A stretch of 64,000 bases of DNA from Promethearchaeota archaeon (GTDB lineage Archaea > Asgardarchaeota > Lokiarchaeia > Sigyniarchaeales > SOKP01): NCBI GenBank assembly GCA_030599585.1, contig JAUVNS010000018.1, forward strand, positions 25,253 through 89,252, written 5' to 3'. The notes under the pieces are model-generated. The model had not been told where the DNA came from. It did no database searches and worked only from the letters and a program-made list of their open reading frames with translations. The position numbers and the translations under genes were made by a program. Below are positions 48,893 through 58,759 of the stretch, piece by piece; within the stretch, counting starts at the first letter, position 1; the number at the start of each line of letters is the position of its first letter.

Positions 48893-49303
48893 TTGAGTAA
48901 AAAATCTGAAGAACCAGAATTTACTAAGGAACAAGAGAGTTTAAAGGAGAACTACAAAACTTTTTCTCAACATGCGCTTTCTAATTTATATGATGATAAT
49001 CGAATTCCAAGTACTAATGAAATTATAGAAATGGCTGAATTCCTGAAAAATATTCGAGATAAAATTGAAGTTCCTTTATATTACACTTGCAGGGATTATT
49101 ATGATGAAGGATGTGATTCAACTCAAGTTGAATTTATAGTTAGTTTAATTCTTGGAGGAGTTTTTGGAGCTTCTATTGGGTTACTTTTCTCATTGTTTAT
49201 TCTCATTCCTTTTTATGGAATTTATGCAATATTAGGAATAATGATTTGCCTTGGATTAGGAATTGGTTACTCTTTTTATAAAAGGGCTCATAGACAAATT
49301 TAA
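48893..49303 (+). CDS. Hypothetical membrane protein with two C-terminal TM helices
   Basis: Two Gly-rich hydrophobic segments at the C-terminus; starts 2 nt after the histone stop. Confidence 0.7.
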   Translation: MSKKSEEPEFTKEQESLKENYKTFSQHALSNLYDDNRIPSTNEIIEMAEFLKNIRDKIEVPLYYTCRDYYDEGCDSTQVEFIVSLILGGVFGASIGLLFSLFILIPFYGIYAILGIMICLGLGIGYSFYKRAHRQI

Positions 49304-49506
49304 ACAGGTTTTAAAACACTCAATAATACTCCGGGAGAAATTCTAAGAGCAAATGTAAGCAATAGTAAACTATTTTTTGGTATTGTATAGTGAGAGGTCA
49401 GGAAAGAATTTTTTTAAAAAAGAGTTTCCCTCTTTTTTTCTTTAAATATAACTATCGGTAGATCGATACAACAACTAAAAAAAGATACTTAAGAGGAATA
49501 AATAAC

Positions 49507-49620
49507 GTGAACCAAATAACTTGGAAAAGCGCGGTGGCTACAGTTACAATATTGGTAGTTGCAAGTTTTGTAGCGGTTGTGCTAACCGTAGGCGGAATAG
49601 CTTTTAGACCGTTTTTTTAA
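49507..49620 (+). CDS. 37-aa single-pass membrane microprotein (not in ORF track)
   Basis: GTG start after AGAGG; MNQITWKSAVATVTILVVASFVAVVLTVGGIAFRPFF; GC-richer than its flanks; followed by a long T tract. Confidence 0.55.
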   Translation: MNQITWKSAVATVTILVVASFVAVVLTVGGIAFRPFF

Positions 49621-49651
49621 ATATAAACTTCTTTTTTTTTTTTTTTGAATT

Positions 49652-50104
49652 TCAATTAACTAAAATCAGATCAGAAGGGAGAATCGGATTTTCGAGCAAG
49701 TAACGGAAATCTTTAGGATTAGGATACTCGCCGAACTTGTCGACGATAATTTGTCTTCCTATATGGGGGGTGAGCACGGACATTTTATGCACTGGGCTGT
49801 AAATCAGCTGTATCTTCCTATCGAGACTCTTTGAGTCCCACAGTTCAAAGCTTTTAATGTATCTTCTAACCGTTTTTTTGTCCCAACCGTCGACATGAGC
49901 GTGGTAAGCAGCGTTAAAATCGAGCATAGGAAGCTTCTTCCTCGCGCAATTTTGTTTTACTAGTAGCTCTACCGTAGGACCGTTTTCGGGATCAGGACAA
50001 AATTGAGACAACGCGATTTCTTCTTGTTCTTGAGCCGAGAAAAGCGCGTTTAAGCTTAAACCTGCCATCCCTTCATATAACACCATTGCGGGACTGCGGA
50101 ACAA
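49652..50104 (-). pseudogene. C-terminal fragment of a larger protein (DUF885/gluzincin-like tail, tentative)
   Basis: Begins abruptly at SPAMVLYEGMA with no credible start; coding-like to its stop; abuts a divergent fragment. Confidence 0.45.
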
Positions 50105-50319
50105 AAGAATTGCGCGTTCAAAATGGTTTTAATGTAGAATTTTCTGAATCCGACATCGAAGTAGGCACAAATATACTATATAAACGCGTTCTAAGAAGCT
50201 ATCGAATCAATGGCGTCGCCGAACTAAGAGAAATCGTGAGGGAAAACAAAAGAAGGTACGAACGCGATAGGCTTAAATATACTCGAACGATACAAAAAGA
50301 AGCGAATGGATACGGGTAA
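50086..50319 (+). pseudogene. C-terminal fragment of an unknown protein
   Basis: Coding-like helical tail (ELREIVRENKRRYERDRLK); overlaps the opposite fragment head-to-head. Confidence 0.35.
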
Positions 50320-50469
50320 GAGATATTCATTACTTTCGTATAATTTTATTTGAGAAACTACAATGATAACACTTGAAGATTATACAAATTATTTTTAACA
50401 ATCTAATCATAAAGTAAATTATTAAATAACATTTTAAAGGCGCTATCGAAATATTAAAAAAAATCCTTT

Positions 50470-51954
50470 TTGATTAAGATTGTCAAAAAAAAGCAATTGG
50501 ATTGCATTATTGTGTATTCTTCGAAAAAACATGTAAGTTTTATTGAACATGTTTTATATATTGTTAAAGAATGTGTGGTAAGTGAAGGATACAAACCAAT
50601 ATTATTAAGGGATGAAATAAAACCTAGTGAGGATTATTTAGAGAAATTTATTGATCTAATTGATAGTTCAACTTTGGGTATTGTTATACTGGATGGTTTT
50701 AGACCTAATGTTATTTTTGAATTTGGAATTTTAGCAGGATTAGAAAAATGCCTAATAGTAATGATGAGCAATAATGCTAAAGTATCATTAAAAAATTATT
50801 ATAAACAAGCATTCACTCCAGAAATAAGAGACTCACTATTAACAAAAGCCAAATTTGATAATTTAAAAGAACCAAACATAAATATTTCTATGCATCTTTC
50901 AGATTTTTCGGGAAAGCACATAGCTTACTTTGAATCGAATTCCCCAGTAAGTATTAGAAATGTTTTAAATGAGAGTTTAAAAAAAATAAGAAGTTGTACG
51001 CTGAAAAAATTCGAGGATGCGCTGGATCTTGACGAAGAGCTAGGAAATCTCGCAGAAAAAGCTGGTGATTTGAATAAGATCGGTTTTCTATTAAAAACTC
51101 ACGGAGAGCTTGACAAAGCTCTTGAATATTATGAGGAAGCACTGGAAATTGTGGAAAAGTTAGGAAATCTTAAAGGAAAATCCATTCTATTAAATAATAT
51201 TGGTAGTTTATTTAAAATTCGAGGAGACCTTGACAAAGCTCTGAAAAATTTTAATGAAGCACTGGAAATTAACGAAGAGTTGGGAAAACTCGATGGAAAA
51301 TCCATTATTTTAAATAATATTGGTGATATATTCCAAGATCGAGGAGAGCTTGACAATGCTCTGGAATATTATGAGGAAGCACTGGAAATTGACGAAGAAT
51401 TAGGAAATCTCGAAGGAAAATCCACTCTGTTAAATAATATTGGTACAATATTCGAAGATCGAAGAGAGTTTGACAAAGCTCTTGAATATTATGAGGAAGC
51501 ACTGGAAATTGACGAAGAGTTTGGAAATCTCAAAGGAAAATCCATTCAATTAAATAATATCGGTTTTCTACTAAAAATTCGTGGAGAGTTTGACATAGCT
51601 CTGAAAAAATTTAATGAAGCACTGGAAATTGACACACAATTAGGAATTATCGAAGGAAAACTAACGATATTAAATAATATCGGTTTAATATTCTATGATC
51701 GAGGAGAGCTTGACAAAGCCCTAAAATATTATGAGGAAGCATTGGAAATTGTGGAAAAGCTAGGATATCTCGAAGTAAAATCCGTTTTATTAAATAATAT
51801 TGGTGTTATATTCCAAGATCGAGGAGAACCTAACAAATCTCTGAAATATTATGAAGAGACGCTGGAAATTTTAATGGAGCTTGAAATAAACGAATCGTTA
51901 CAAACCGACCTTATAAAAAAAATTAAAAAATTAAAGAGAGAAATTAAATCCTAA
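50470..51954 (+). CDS. TIR-like/NDT-like nucleotide-binding domain plus TPR repeats
   Basis: Rossmann-like N-terminus with ILDGFRPNVIFEFG; seven 40-aa TPR units (LNNIG.....GE.DKAL.YYEEAL.I). Confidence 0.85.
   Translation: MIKIVKKKQLDCIIVYSSKKHVSFIEHVLYIVKECVVSEGYKPILLRDEIKPSEDYLEKFIDLIDSSTLGIVILDGFRPNVIFEFGILAGLEKCLIVMMSNNAKVSLKNYYKQAFTPEIRDSLLTKAKFDNLKEPNINISMHLSDFSGKHIAYFESNSPVSIRNVLNESLKKIRSCTLKKFEDALDLDEELGNLAEKAGDLNKIGFLLKTHGELDKALEYYEEALEIVEKLGNLKGKSILLNNIGSLFKIRGDLDKALKNFNEALEINEELGKLDGKSIILNNIGDIFQDRGELDNALEYYEEALEIDEELGNLEGKSTLLNNIGTIFEDRREFDKALEYYEEALEIDEEFGNLKGKSIQLNNIGFLLKIRGEFDIALKKFNEALEIDTQLGIIEGKLTILNNIGLIFYDRGELDKALKYYEEALEIVEKLGYLEVKSVLLNNIGVIFQDRGEPNKSLKYYEETLEILMELEINESLQTDLIKKIKKLKREIKS
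51020..51870 (+). repeat. Seven 120-bp coding tandem repeats (TPR)
   Basis: GAGAGCTTGACAAAGCT-type and GCACTGGAAATT motifs recur with an exact 120-nt period. Confidence 0.9.
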
Positions 51955-51966
51955 TTAAATATAGCG

Positions 51967-52404
51967 TATTGCTTTATTAACGATGTTCTTAAAAGGGTAA
52001 TTGATACTCTTTCTCAAAACTACGACTTAACCCTTTTAGACTCACCAGCGGGATTGTAACATTTTGCTCGTAAAACTGGTCGTGATGTCACTGACCTTGT
52101 AATCGTGTCGGACGCTTCAAAAATGGGGATTCATACCCAGAAACGAATTTTAGAAATTATAGCCAAGTTAACGCTAAAATTTGAGCGTATATGGATATTA
52201 GGAAATCGTTTCCCAGAAGATTTAAAAAACATTTTAGTAGAAGAAGTTAAAAATCTAAATAATGATCGAGTTAAATTGCTTGGCTTCTTATCCAATAACG
52301 ATGAGATCAGTAAGATCAATATAATTGGAGGTAATTTAATTGATTTACCTGAAGAAAACTCGACCTATCAAGAAGCAAAAGAGATTTTTGCGAAAATAAT
52401 ATAA
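51967..52404 (+). pseudogene. cooC: CooC/AcsF nickel-insertion ATPase, C-terminal half with nonsense mutation
   Basis: YCFINDVLKRVIDTLSQNYDLTLLDSPAGL*HFARKTGRDVTDLVIVSDASKMG matches CooC (C-x-C...D..AGLEH..R); TAA at 52057-52059; Walker A region absent. Confidence 0.8.
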
Positions 52405-52465
52405 AACAAATTTTACTACTTTATTTTCCATATTATAAAAATTCATTAAGTTTCTTATTACGAAA

Positions 52466-53182
52466 ATGTTTTTCTACTCCATTTTTCATTCCAGAGAATC
52501 TAAACAACTTTTAGGATCGTTGGGCGTACCTTGTATTAATTCTCCCGCCTCAGCGGAATCACAATGTGCTCAGTTAGTCAAAGATAAGGTGTCTCACTAT
52601 TCTAACTCGCAAGATTTTGATTCGTTGTTGTTCGGAAGTCCAAGAACGATACAAAACCTCTCAAAGTCGCGTAAGAGAAAGTTACACGGTCGATGGACGT
52701 ATCAAAAAATCGCTTTGGTTCAAATAAATCTCAAGGAGAGCCTAAAAAAATTAAATGTAAACCAATTTCAGTTGGTAGACATGGCAATCTTCATCGGAAA
52801 CGATTATTTTAAGGGTATAAAAAATATTGGACCAAAACACGCGCACAAATTCTTGCTCAAACATAAAAGTTTAGAAAGAGTTATTCATGAAGAAAAAAAC
52901 GCGTACGATTTTTCTTTACTCACCCCCGGTATTATCTCAAAAGTGAGGAAAATTTTTTTGTTGCCTGAAGTAATAAATCGCTACCAAGACATCAGGTGGA
53001 ACTATCCGAACGAACAAAAAACGTTTCTTTTGCTATGCGAAGACCACCACCTCAACGCGAAAAGAGTGCAAAAAAATTTAGGTGTGTTTTCTACAAATTT
53101 TGAAAAGTGTCAAAAGTATTTCGACGCTCGCAAAAGCAACCGTAGAACGGTTCAAAACACTTTGCAACAAGTAATTTCCTAA
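52466..53182 (+). pseudogene. fen: Flap endonuclease 1-like protein, N-terminal (XPG-N) half missing
   Basis: LGVP...SAESQCA, SQDFDSLLFG, IGNDYFKGIKNIGPK, C-terminal PIP-like QNTL; no N-domain upstream. Confidence 0.8.
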
Positions 53183-53295
53183 CTTTACGTCTCGCCAAAA
53201 TCTCTTTTTTGTTTATAAATAACCGTATGGTAAACTATGCATTTAGTAAATATTATATCTCGTCATACAAAAAAAAATAAATTATTGAGCAAGGC

Positions 53296-53904
53296 ATGCC
53301 AGGATCAACGGACGATTCGATCGTTCTCCAAAACCACTTAGGAGCGTATAGAAATGCTTCTGTTAGCAACATTAGCAAAGCACAAGTGCTTAACTACTTT
53401 TTTAGGTTCGAAAGCTTTGCAAACGACAGCAACGAATACAGAGATTTGAGCCCTATGTTCATTGGGACCGTTGTAAAGGATACGAACTTACCCGATTCGG
53501 TGGTATTGCGTACTGCTTTAGGGTTCATTTCAGAGGCTTCTAACTTTAGTCAATTGTTAAGCTTAGGGCTCGTATCGTGGGGTTCGGATGAAAAGAGTAA
53601 ACTAAGACAGGCAAGGTTCTACTTGCGGAGGGCTCATAAAATCGCTCCGGTGTTCAATTATTCTCGAGCGATTGTTAATTTGGGAATTTTGCGCAAAATC
53701 TTGAAGAAACATTTTTATTGGCCTCGCATCACCACTCAGCTTGCCTTAACTATTTTCGTCACCGACAGGAACGACCCGACTATAGCGAAACAAGAATACA
53801 TTCTCCAAAAAAACTTAAGAGCCTTTTGTGCGTGTTCAGCTTACGCTTTTCACATGGCTCGAAAGAAGCTTAATATCGGAAAAACAGGTTGTTATGGCTC
53901 CTAG
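53296..53904 (+). CDS. Hypothetical protein
   Basis: 202-aa ORF with ATG start; host-like codon pattern. Confidence 0.7.
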   Translation: MPGSTDDSIVLQNHLGAYRNASVSNISKAQVLNYFFRFESFANDSNEYRDLSPMFIGTVVKDTNLPDSVVLRTALGFISEASNFSQLLSLGLVSWGSDEKSKLRQARFYLRRAHKIAPVFNYSRAIVNLGILRKILKKHFYWPRITTQLALTIFVTDRNDPTIAKQEYILQKNLRAFCACSAYAFHMARKKLNIGKTGCYGS

Positions 53905-54006
53905 ACCATCTTATAATAGTAAAATATCGTAATAATTCTGGAACAATTAAAAATATACTCAATTATAACGGTCTTGGTTCAATTTTATGGTAGAATAATT
54001 CTGTTA

Positions 54007-55380
54007 TTATTTCGGCATTTTTTCTTTACACCATTTTTCAACTGTATCAAGCATATCTCTATAGATATTTAGTACCTTCTCTTTTTCTCTGTTTTCAATT
54101 GCTGCAATGCCTGGTTGGAGATAATCTTGATAGAGTTGAGTCAAAAATTGTTTTTTCTCAAGATGAGAATTAATTATTGCAACGTATTTTGGGGCTTTTA
54201 GATAATATTCATCAATAAGTTTCCCCCCTTCTGGGAGGAATTTCACGTAAGTGTCTCTAAATTCGCGCATAACATTTAATTCGTAGCAATCATCTGGTTT
54301 GCCTAAAACATCACAGATAGCAGAAGTCACAAAACATCCTGTATTACGTGGAACCATCATATACCATATTTTTGGAGCCCCATGATCAACATTTCTTTGA
54401 TGTGTTCTAAATTGTCCAACAGCTTCCACTAGACCATCTTGTGCAGTTAATTGTATAATGTGTGCCAATGCTATCTGAGGTATTTTTCCTTGTTTAATCG
54501 GAAAGGCTGAGTAAAAATAATAACGATCTGTAGTCTTATTGTATGAAGAATTCCCAAAGGAAGTTCTAATTGAATTTGACCTTATGTTTACAGAATGAAA
54601 GTCGCCATTCTCATCAGTAGTGGCCCATGCGATAAGGGACTTACATGAACCACCGTCATCTGCACCATTTGTAAATTCTATTCTTTGCTGAGCATCGATA
54701 AACCAACATACCCACATATCACATGGTGCTACAGGAAGTTTCCAAATTAACTCATAACCTCCTGTGTATTTATCAGGATTATCATCCCGCCATATTGCAG
54801 CGTGATCATTAAGATATATACTAAAGAGAGTTACTCCACTATCATTATAAGGTTCTATGTCAAAACCTGTTTGCGAACCGTGGTTTATACTATTAAAACC
54901 ACTAATTCTTGCTTTACCTTCCGTATCATATAAAACATAATCTTGAAGCAATTCACATGGACCAGGTGATTGATCTGCTTGCAATAATCCTAATGTAATA
55001 GCTTGAACACCTGAATCAGGATATATTAATTTTCCGTTACTAAATCTATAATCTCCAATATTTCTTTGATCTTCAAGTTTTATTTTCACTATATGTGTGG
55101 TTGATCTAAAATCTTTTGAATTTAAACTAAACCCTTTCTTTCTAATACTTAATATTTTTTCTATCAGTTCTTTCTTTCGTTTTTGTAACCGCTCAAAATA
55201 TTCTTTTTTTGAAATTTCCGAATTTAACACGGTAATTCGTGAATAATAATGATCGATTTGCGTTAAACGCTTTGAGACAGTATCAAGATCCTCTAACAGA
55301 TTAACGATCATATCTTGACTAAAAATAACTTTATTTTCTTTAGGATTTGATTTTTCTTTTTTTTCCGCCATCATAATCAC
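54007..55380 (-). CDS. Hypothetical protein with C-terminal CFI-box-CTERM-like domain
   Basis: GCFVTSAIC...CYELNVMREFRD...G..LI..YY..AP; N-terminal coiled coil and central beta-rich domain. Confidence 0.8.
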   Translation of the reverse strand: MIMMAEKKEKSNPKENKVIFSQDMIVNLLEDLDTVSKRLTQIDHYYSRITVLNSEISKKEYFERLQKRKKELIEKILSIRKKGFSLNSKDFRSTTHIVKIKLEDQRNIGDYRFSNGKLIYPDSGVQAITLGLLQADQSPGPCELLQDYVLYDTEGKARISGFNSINHGSQTGFDIEPYNDSGVTLFSIYLNDHAAIWRDDNPDKYTGGYELIWKLPVAPCDMWVCWFIDAQQRIEFTNGADDGGSCKSLIAWATTDENGDFHSVNIRSNSIRTSFGNSSYNKTTDRYYFYSAFPIKQGKIPQIALAHIIQLTAQDGLVEAVGQFRTHQRNVDHGAPKIWYMMVPRNTGCFVTSAICDVLGKPDDCYELNVMREFRDTYVKFLPEGGKLIDEYYLKAPKYVAIINSHLEKKQFLTQLYQDYLQPGIAAIENREKEKVLNIYRDMLDTVEKWCKEKMPK

Positions 55381-55706
55381 CTTTTATTAAATTATGTATT
55401 CTTATCCTTATATCATTATTATTATATAAGATTTTGCATTATGTCCACAAATAAATACCTTACTTGGATATATAGGTGGTTATTTGACAAATTCTTTCAT
55501 GAGCTGTAATTCGAGTTATTATTTTTAAATAATAATAGTGAGGTTTAAGAGAAATTGAAGAAGATGACAGATTCGATGAAATCTCATGGAATATTATGCA
55601 TTAAATGAGAGATTTTAAAACATAAAAACATTCGACAATTAGATTTTTCCTTTAAATATATACCCCTATTTTTTTACTTAATAGTAAAATAGTTAGAGGT
55701 TTTATT

Positions 55707-56630
55707 GTGAGCGACTCAGTAGACGAATTATATCAACAATTATTAGCCCTTGGCATGTCAGAAGAAGAGCTGGAAAAAAAAGTTAAGAACAAAGTAGAAG
55801 AATACGACAGTTTTATGTCCAAACAGGGCGTATTGTTTATAATTGCCAGAGAAAACGGACTTAAGTTGAAGTCTCCCGAGATTGACTATTATCTTTACGA
55901 CGAGTTAGAAGAAGAAATTGACTACGACGAGTTTACCATAGATATTTCGGACCTCAAAGAGGGTATGACCAACATAGTGCTTTTAGGTAAAATTTTATCT
56001 CTCCAAAAAGTTCGCGAGTTCGTGAGAAAAGACCAGTCCGTGGGAAAAGTGTGCTCTTTTTTGCTCGGCGACTCGATGGAAACCGTAAAAATTATTCTGT
56101 GGGACGAGCGGGCAGAAATCGTTAATCAAGAATATTTCAAACAGAACGAGCTCGTAAGAATTGTTGGAGGGTACGCAAAATTAGGGCAGAATGAAACCAT
56201 AGAAGTTCACCTCGGAAAGAAAGGTACCTTAATTCTCTCTCCTGATGTGTCCGGCAAGAAGCTAAAACAATTAGAAGCGGTATCGATTAAAGAATCGGAA
56301 GTTTATTCTCCTAAAAACACCCTAAAACCGCTAAGTCAAGCCCTCGAGCAAAATAAATACATCAGCGTCGTAAAGGGAACCGTCCTAATAGAAGAATTTA
56401 AAGAGTTAAAGCTGAAATCGGGCGATAAATCGTTTTTGCTCACAATCCTCTTAGAGTCGGAAGGTACTACGATTCGAGTAAAAGCGTGGGGCATGAAAGC
56501 GGTAGAATGTTTAAAAGTAATAAACGACGGAGATTTCGTTTCAATAACTAACTTAGCGGTAAAAGAGAACGAATACTCGTTAGAAAAAGAGCTTTCGTTT
56601 ACGAAGAATTCGAGCGTGTTATTGCTCTAG
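55707..56630 (+). CDS. rpa: Replication protein A-like ssDNA-binding protein (N-terminal helical domain plus two OB folds)
   Basis: ISDLKEGMTNIVLLGKI...F.RKD...GKV....LGD....KIILWD, followed by a second OB fold. Confidence 0.85.
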   Translation: MSDSVDELYQQLLALGMSEEELEKKVKNKVEEYDSFMSKQGVLFIIARENGLKLKSPEIDYYLYDELEEEIDYDEFTIDISDLKEGMTNIVLLGKILSLQKVREFVRKDQSVGKVCSFLLGDSMETVKIILWDERAEIVNQEYFKQNELVRIVGGYAKLGQNETIEVHLGKKGTLILSPDVSGKKLKQLEAVSIKESEVYSPKNTLKPLSQALEQNKYISVVKGTVLIEEFKELKLKSGDKSFLLTILLESEGTTIRVKAWGMKAVECLKVINDGDFVSITNLAVKENEYSLEKELSFTKNSSVLLL

Positions 56631-56638
56631 GAAGAAAT

Positions 56639-57394
56639 TTGGAAAATAAGTTTATCGTTATTTTTAAATATAAAAATAGAGAATGTATTATGAAGTGCAG
56701 CGACTTCTGTTTAAAGTGCCGAGGGTTAAAACCAACTGAGATTCAAGGACTTTTTTGGCATTTTTTCTATAAAAAAAATATTGTTATGACAATCTTATAT
56801 GGTTTCGAATTTTTAAACCGTGATTTTCCAGCAGATTCCAAAAAACATATTATAAACCAACTTCAATCTTTATTTGATGATAGGAAAGTGGAACATCTAT
56901 GCTCTACAATCGGGGCGAGTAAACCATGGACAGAACAAGAAGAGATTAACTACTTATATCTTTATTATTTTCTGATTGAAATACATAAAAAATTGATAAC
57001 TTTAAAAAGCTTACATAAGTTAAAACCTAGAGAATTTGAAGTGTTTATTTACTATGTTTTTAAGGATCTTGGTTATACTGAGGTAAAACTAACAAATTTT
57101 ACTAAAGACGGGGGATTTGATATTAGTGCTAAAAAAAAAGGTTTATTGGTTTTAGGAGAATGCAAGAGAGACGGTCCAAAGAATAAAATCCGTGTGGAAG
57201 CGATTAGCCGTTTAGCTGATGCATTAGGTAAAAAAAAAGCCCAAAAAGGGATATTTATTACCACTAGCTCCTTTACTAAAGATTGTTACAAAGAGCAAAA
57301 AGAAAGAGCCATCGAAGTCGAGTTTTGGGATGGAAAATATTTAATAAACCTAATTACGAACGAATTAAATATTGCATTTTTCAAGTATAAATAA
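56639..57394 (+). CDS. Mrr-like (type IV) restriction endonuclease domain protein
   Basis: PREFE...LGY..V.LT...DGGFDI...ECKR...GIFITTSSFT...WDG. Confidence 0.85.
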   Translation: MENKFIVIFKYKNRECIMKCSDFCLKCRGLKPTEIQGLFWHFFYKKNIVMTILYGFEFLNRDFPADSKKHIINQLQSLFDDRKVEHLCSTIGASKPWTEQEEINYLYLYYFLIEIHKKLITLKSLHKLKPREFEVFIYYVFKDLGYTEVKLTNFTKDGGFDISAKKKGLLVLGECKRDGPKNKIRVEAISRLADALGKKKAQKGIFITTSSFTKDCYKEQKERAIEVEFWDGKYLINLITNELNIAFFKYK

Positions 57395-57602
57395 CCTTCT
57401 ACCGGATTGCTTCTATTTTTCTCTTTTCAGTTAACTCTTTTTTGTTTAAATATATTGTTCTTTTTTAATCGTAAAATATTTTTAATTTTTTAAAGATCAT
57501 GATAACTAAGCAAAAGGTAGAAAGTTTCGGAGTTGTCAAAAAAAACCAAGTCAAATTCCCTTTAAAGAAGTTAGAAAAGGTTCTTTTTTACTGTTGCGTT
57601 AG

Positions 57603-57955
57603 CTACATAACTTTGTTAGTCATTAATATCTCTGTATCTTCTTTTTTCGGACTTTTAGATTTATAATAAGACTCAATTGAACAGTTCGCAGAACCAGGTG
57701 AAATCTTTTTTATTAAAAATCTGAAATCCTTTATATTCATGGAAGGATTCTTTGATTCAGCAATCAAATTTACAATATTTTGAAAACCTTCCAAATATTG
57801 TACGAAATCTTCTATTTTACTAAATCTCTATTCATTCTCAGAAAATAACTTTGAAAACTTAAAATTAGATCCATAACTATTTAGAAATTTGTTAATTTTT
57901 GATTTTGGAACAAAAATACAGTCATAGAATTTATATTTAAATTCTAGGAAATACT
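57603..57955 (-). pseudogene. Degraded coding fragment
   Basis: Frame continues upstream of the 63-aa track ORF through one in-frame TAG; no start codon. Confidence 0.3.
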
Positions 57956-57988
57956 AAAACAATATTTTAATATATTTCTGAAAAAAAA

Positions 57989-58150
57989 TTACTCCTTGGA
58001 TTTATGAAGATCCTCTAATCTTCTTCTTGTAGCATCAATGACAAGTTCAGAGGCCGATCTATAACCTAGTTTTTTATTCTCCTCAATAAAACTTCTTACA
58101 TTTTCAACTAATTATTCGGGTACTTTGACTGTTCGATAAACTGTCGTTAA
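57989..58150 (-). pseudogene. Ribbon-helix-helix (CopG/NikR-type) regulator with internal stop
   Basis: TTVYRTVKVPE*LVENVRSFIEENKKLGYRSASELVIDATRRRLEDL; TAA at 58112-58114; GGTGA RBS upstream. Confidence 0.7.
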
Positions 58151-58584
58151 ATAGTTTCACCTAATTCTCTCAATCTAATTCTTATAGAATCTTTTATAAA
58201 ATCTGCTTTCGAAGTGTAACCCGTTTCTCCAGAATCAATTATGTTTTCTATTTTTTTAATCAATTTTCTTGGAAGTGAAACTGTGACATAATCCTTTGCC
58301 ATATATTACAATACTCTTTAAGCTAATTAAAAATATTGAGAGATATTTACGCCATAAATAACGCAAGTGAAATTTAATTCAATTTATTCTGGATCCTAAT
58401 TGATGCATATATATCTTAATCCATAATTTCAGAGATTTCTCTCTGCTTCATTTGTCAGAGAGTTACTAATAGTTACAAGAAGAGAGTATAATAATGCCAT
58501 TTTTTTGTTGTACGATTTCCCCTTGCTGTTTTTCCTTAGGACTTATGATTAGACTTAAAGTTCCATTGTTACAAGTTAAGAATG

Positions 58585-58614
58585 GTGGGAGTGTGTTCCA
58601 GAGTTTTTACTCCA
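58585..58614 (+). repeat. 30-bp direct repeat, copy 1
   Basis: GTGGGAGTGTGTTCCAGAGTTTTTACTCCA; 28/30 identical to 60689-60718. Confidence 0.8.
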
Positions 58615-58759
58615 AAAATCTTTCTTTTTATCATGAACCATTAAATTATCACCATCTACATTTCTTTTCATCATCCGTCATTTACAGGAGGGTACTATTG
58701 TTTCAAAAAGAGAAGAAAGAAGCTTTAGAATATATTACAAAAAGAGTAGTAATTAATAC

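Noticed and set aside
48625-49422. Imperfect 26-bp repeat GTCAGGAAA.AA.TTTTTTAAA flanking the histone and membrane gene
   Set aside because: 22/26 identity but mostly A/T homopolymer; not distinguishable from chance or a shared terminator.
51020-51870. Regular repeats as a CRISPR array or DGR template/variable repeats
   Set aside because: They are in-frame 120-bp TPR coding units with no unique spacers, and there is no reverse transcriptase in the window.
52466-52496. Polypyrimidine tract ending in CAG just where FEN1 homology begins, resembling a 3' splice site
   Set aside because: There is no upstream FEN1 exon in the window, such tracts are common in AT-rich archaeal DNA, and spliceosomal introns are unknown in archaea.
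38902-58114. Three in-frame TAA codons (38902, 52057, 58112) suggesting stop-codon recoding
   Set aside because: TAA terminates many intact genes here, and at least the cooC copy is also truncated; ordinary pseudogenisation is simpler.
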